Origin: Scenedesmus sp. PABB004
Taxonomy: Eukaryota
Direction: 5' to 3'
DNA length: 64,000 nt
NCBI GenBank assembly: GCA_014905635.1
Contig: JABVCE010000027.1
Coordinates: forward strand, 310,001-374,000
The notes beneath the pieces are model-generated. The model was not told where the DNA came from. It made no database searches and worked only from the letters and a program-made list of their open reading frames with translations. A program made the translations under genes and the position numbers. Below are positions 63,634 to 64,000 of the stretch, piece after piece. Each line of letters begins with the position of its first letter. Position 1 is the stretch's first letter.

Positions 63634-64000
63634 ATGGACGCCGACGACGCCCGGATGGCCGAGGCGGCCGAGCTCCCTGAACCCGCCTGGGCGGGAAGCC
63701 CACGCGGCAGCGGCACCGGCTCCAGCAGCACGATGCGCGTCTTCCGGCGCCGCCAGCCGCTGCCGGCCGCGGCCGCGCCGCCGCCGCCGCCGCCGCCGCC
63801 GGCGTTCCACCGCCGCCACGCGTTCAAGCCGCTGGTGCTGAAGAGAAAGGCGGAGCGCGGCGGCGACCTCATGTTTCCCTATCGGCCGCCCCAGGCCAAG
63901 GACGCGGCGGCGACGCCGTCCCACAGCGGCGGCGCCGCGGCGCCTGAGTGCGAGCACTCCACCGGCGGCGCTGCCGCCGCCGCGGGGCCGCGGCCCGTGG
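63634..64000 (+). CDS. Hypothetical protein, 5' portion only
   Basis: Open frame MDADDARMAEAAELPEP..HAFKPLVLKRKAERGGDLMFPYRPP to the window end with coding-like GC3; preceded by a possible acceptor at about 63609. Confidence 0.45.
   Translation, partial: MDADDARMAEAAELPEPAWAGSPRGSGTGSSSTMRVFRRRQPLPAAAAPPPPPPPPAFHRRHAFKPLVLKRKAERGGDLMFPYRPPQAKDAAATPSHSGGAAAPECEHSTGGAAAAAGPRPV

Overview
Eukaryotic nuclear DNA, extremely GC-rich, gene-dense and rich in short spliceosomal introns. It is most consistent with a chlorophyte green alga (Sphaeropleales-like; the taxon is inferred). The long Arg/Ala/Pro/Gly ORFs in the track are GC artefacts, so genes were rebuilt by hand from splice sites and gene boundaries are approximate. 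About 23 genes are present: extended synaptotagmin (partial), a secreted PhlG/DAPG-hydrolase-like protein, a PIN-like auxin-efflux-carrier family transporter, DZIP1-like, a BTB protein, NOC4, DHAR, a CAMK-type kinase, a Tim17/22 family protein, DIM1, NDUFA6, TMEM209, a four-CX9C protein, a small plastid membrane protein, paladin-like, RINT1/TIP20-like, two tandem paralogous secreted proteins, PRA1, gamma-glutamyltransferase, 3-hydroxyisobutyrate dehydrogenase and two hypotheticals. No rRNA, tRNA, CRISPR array or transposase was recognised. The most notable observations are a 212-bp palindrome plus a 121-nt hairpin inside a DHAR intron, a perfect 51-bp intronic antisense copy of an exon in the PIN-like gene, polarised telomere-like motifs in introns, many GC-AG introns, an orphan duplicate of the DHAR last exon, and the bacterial-type PhlG-like secreted enzyme.
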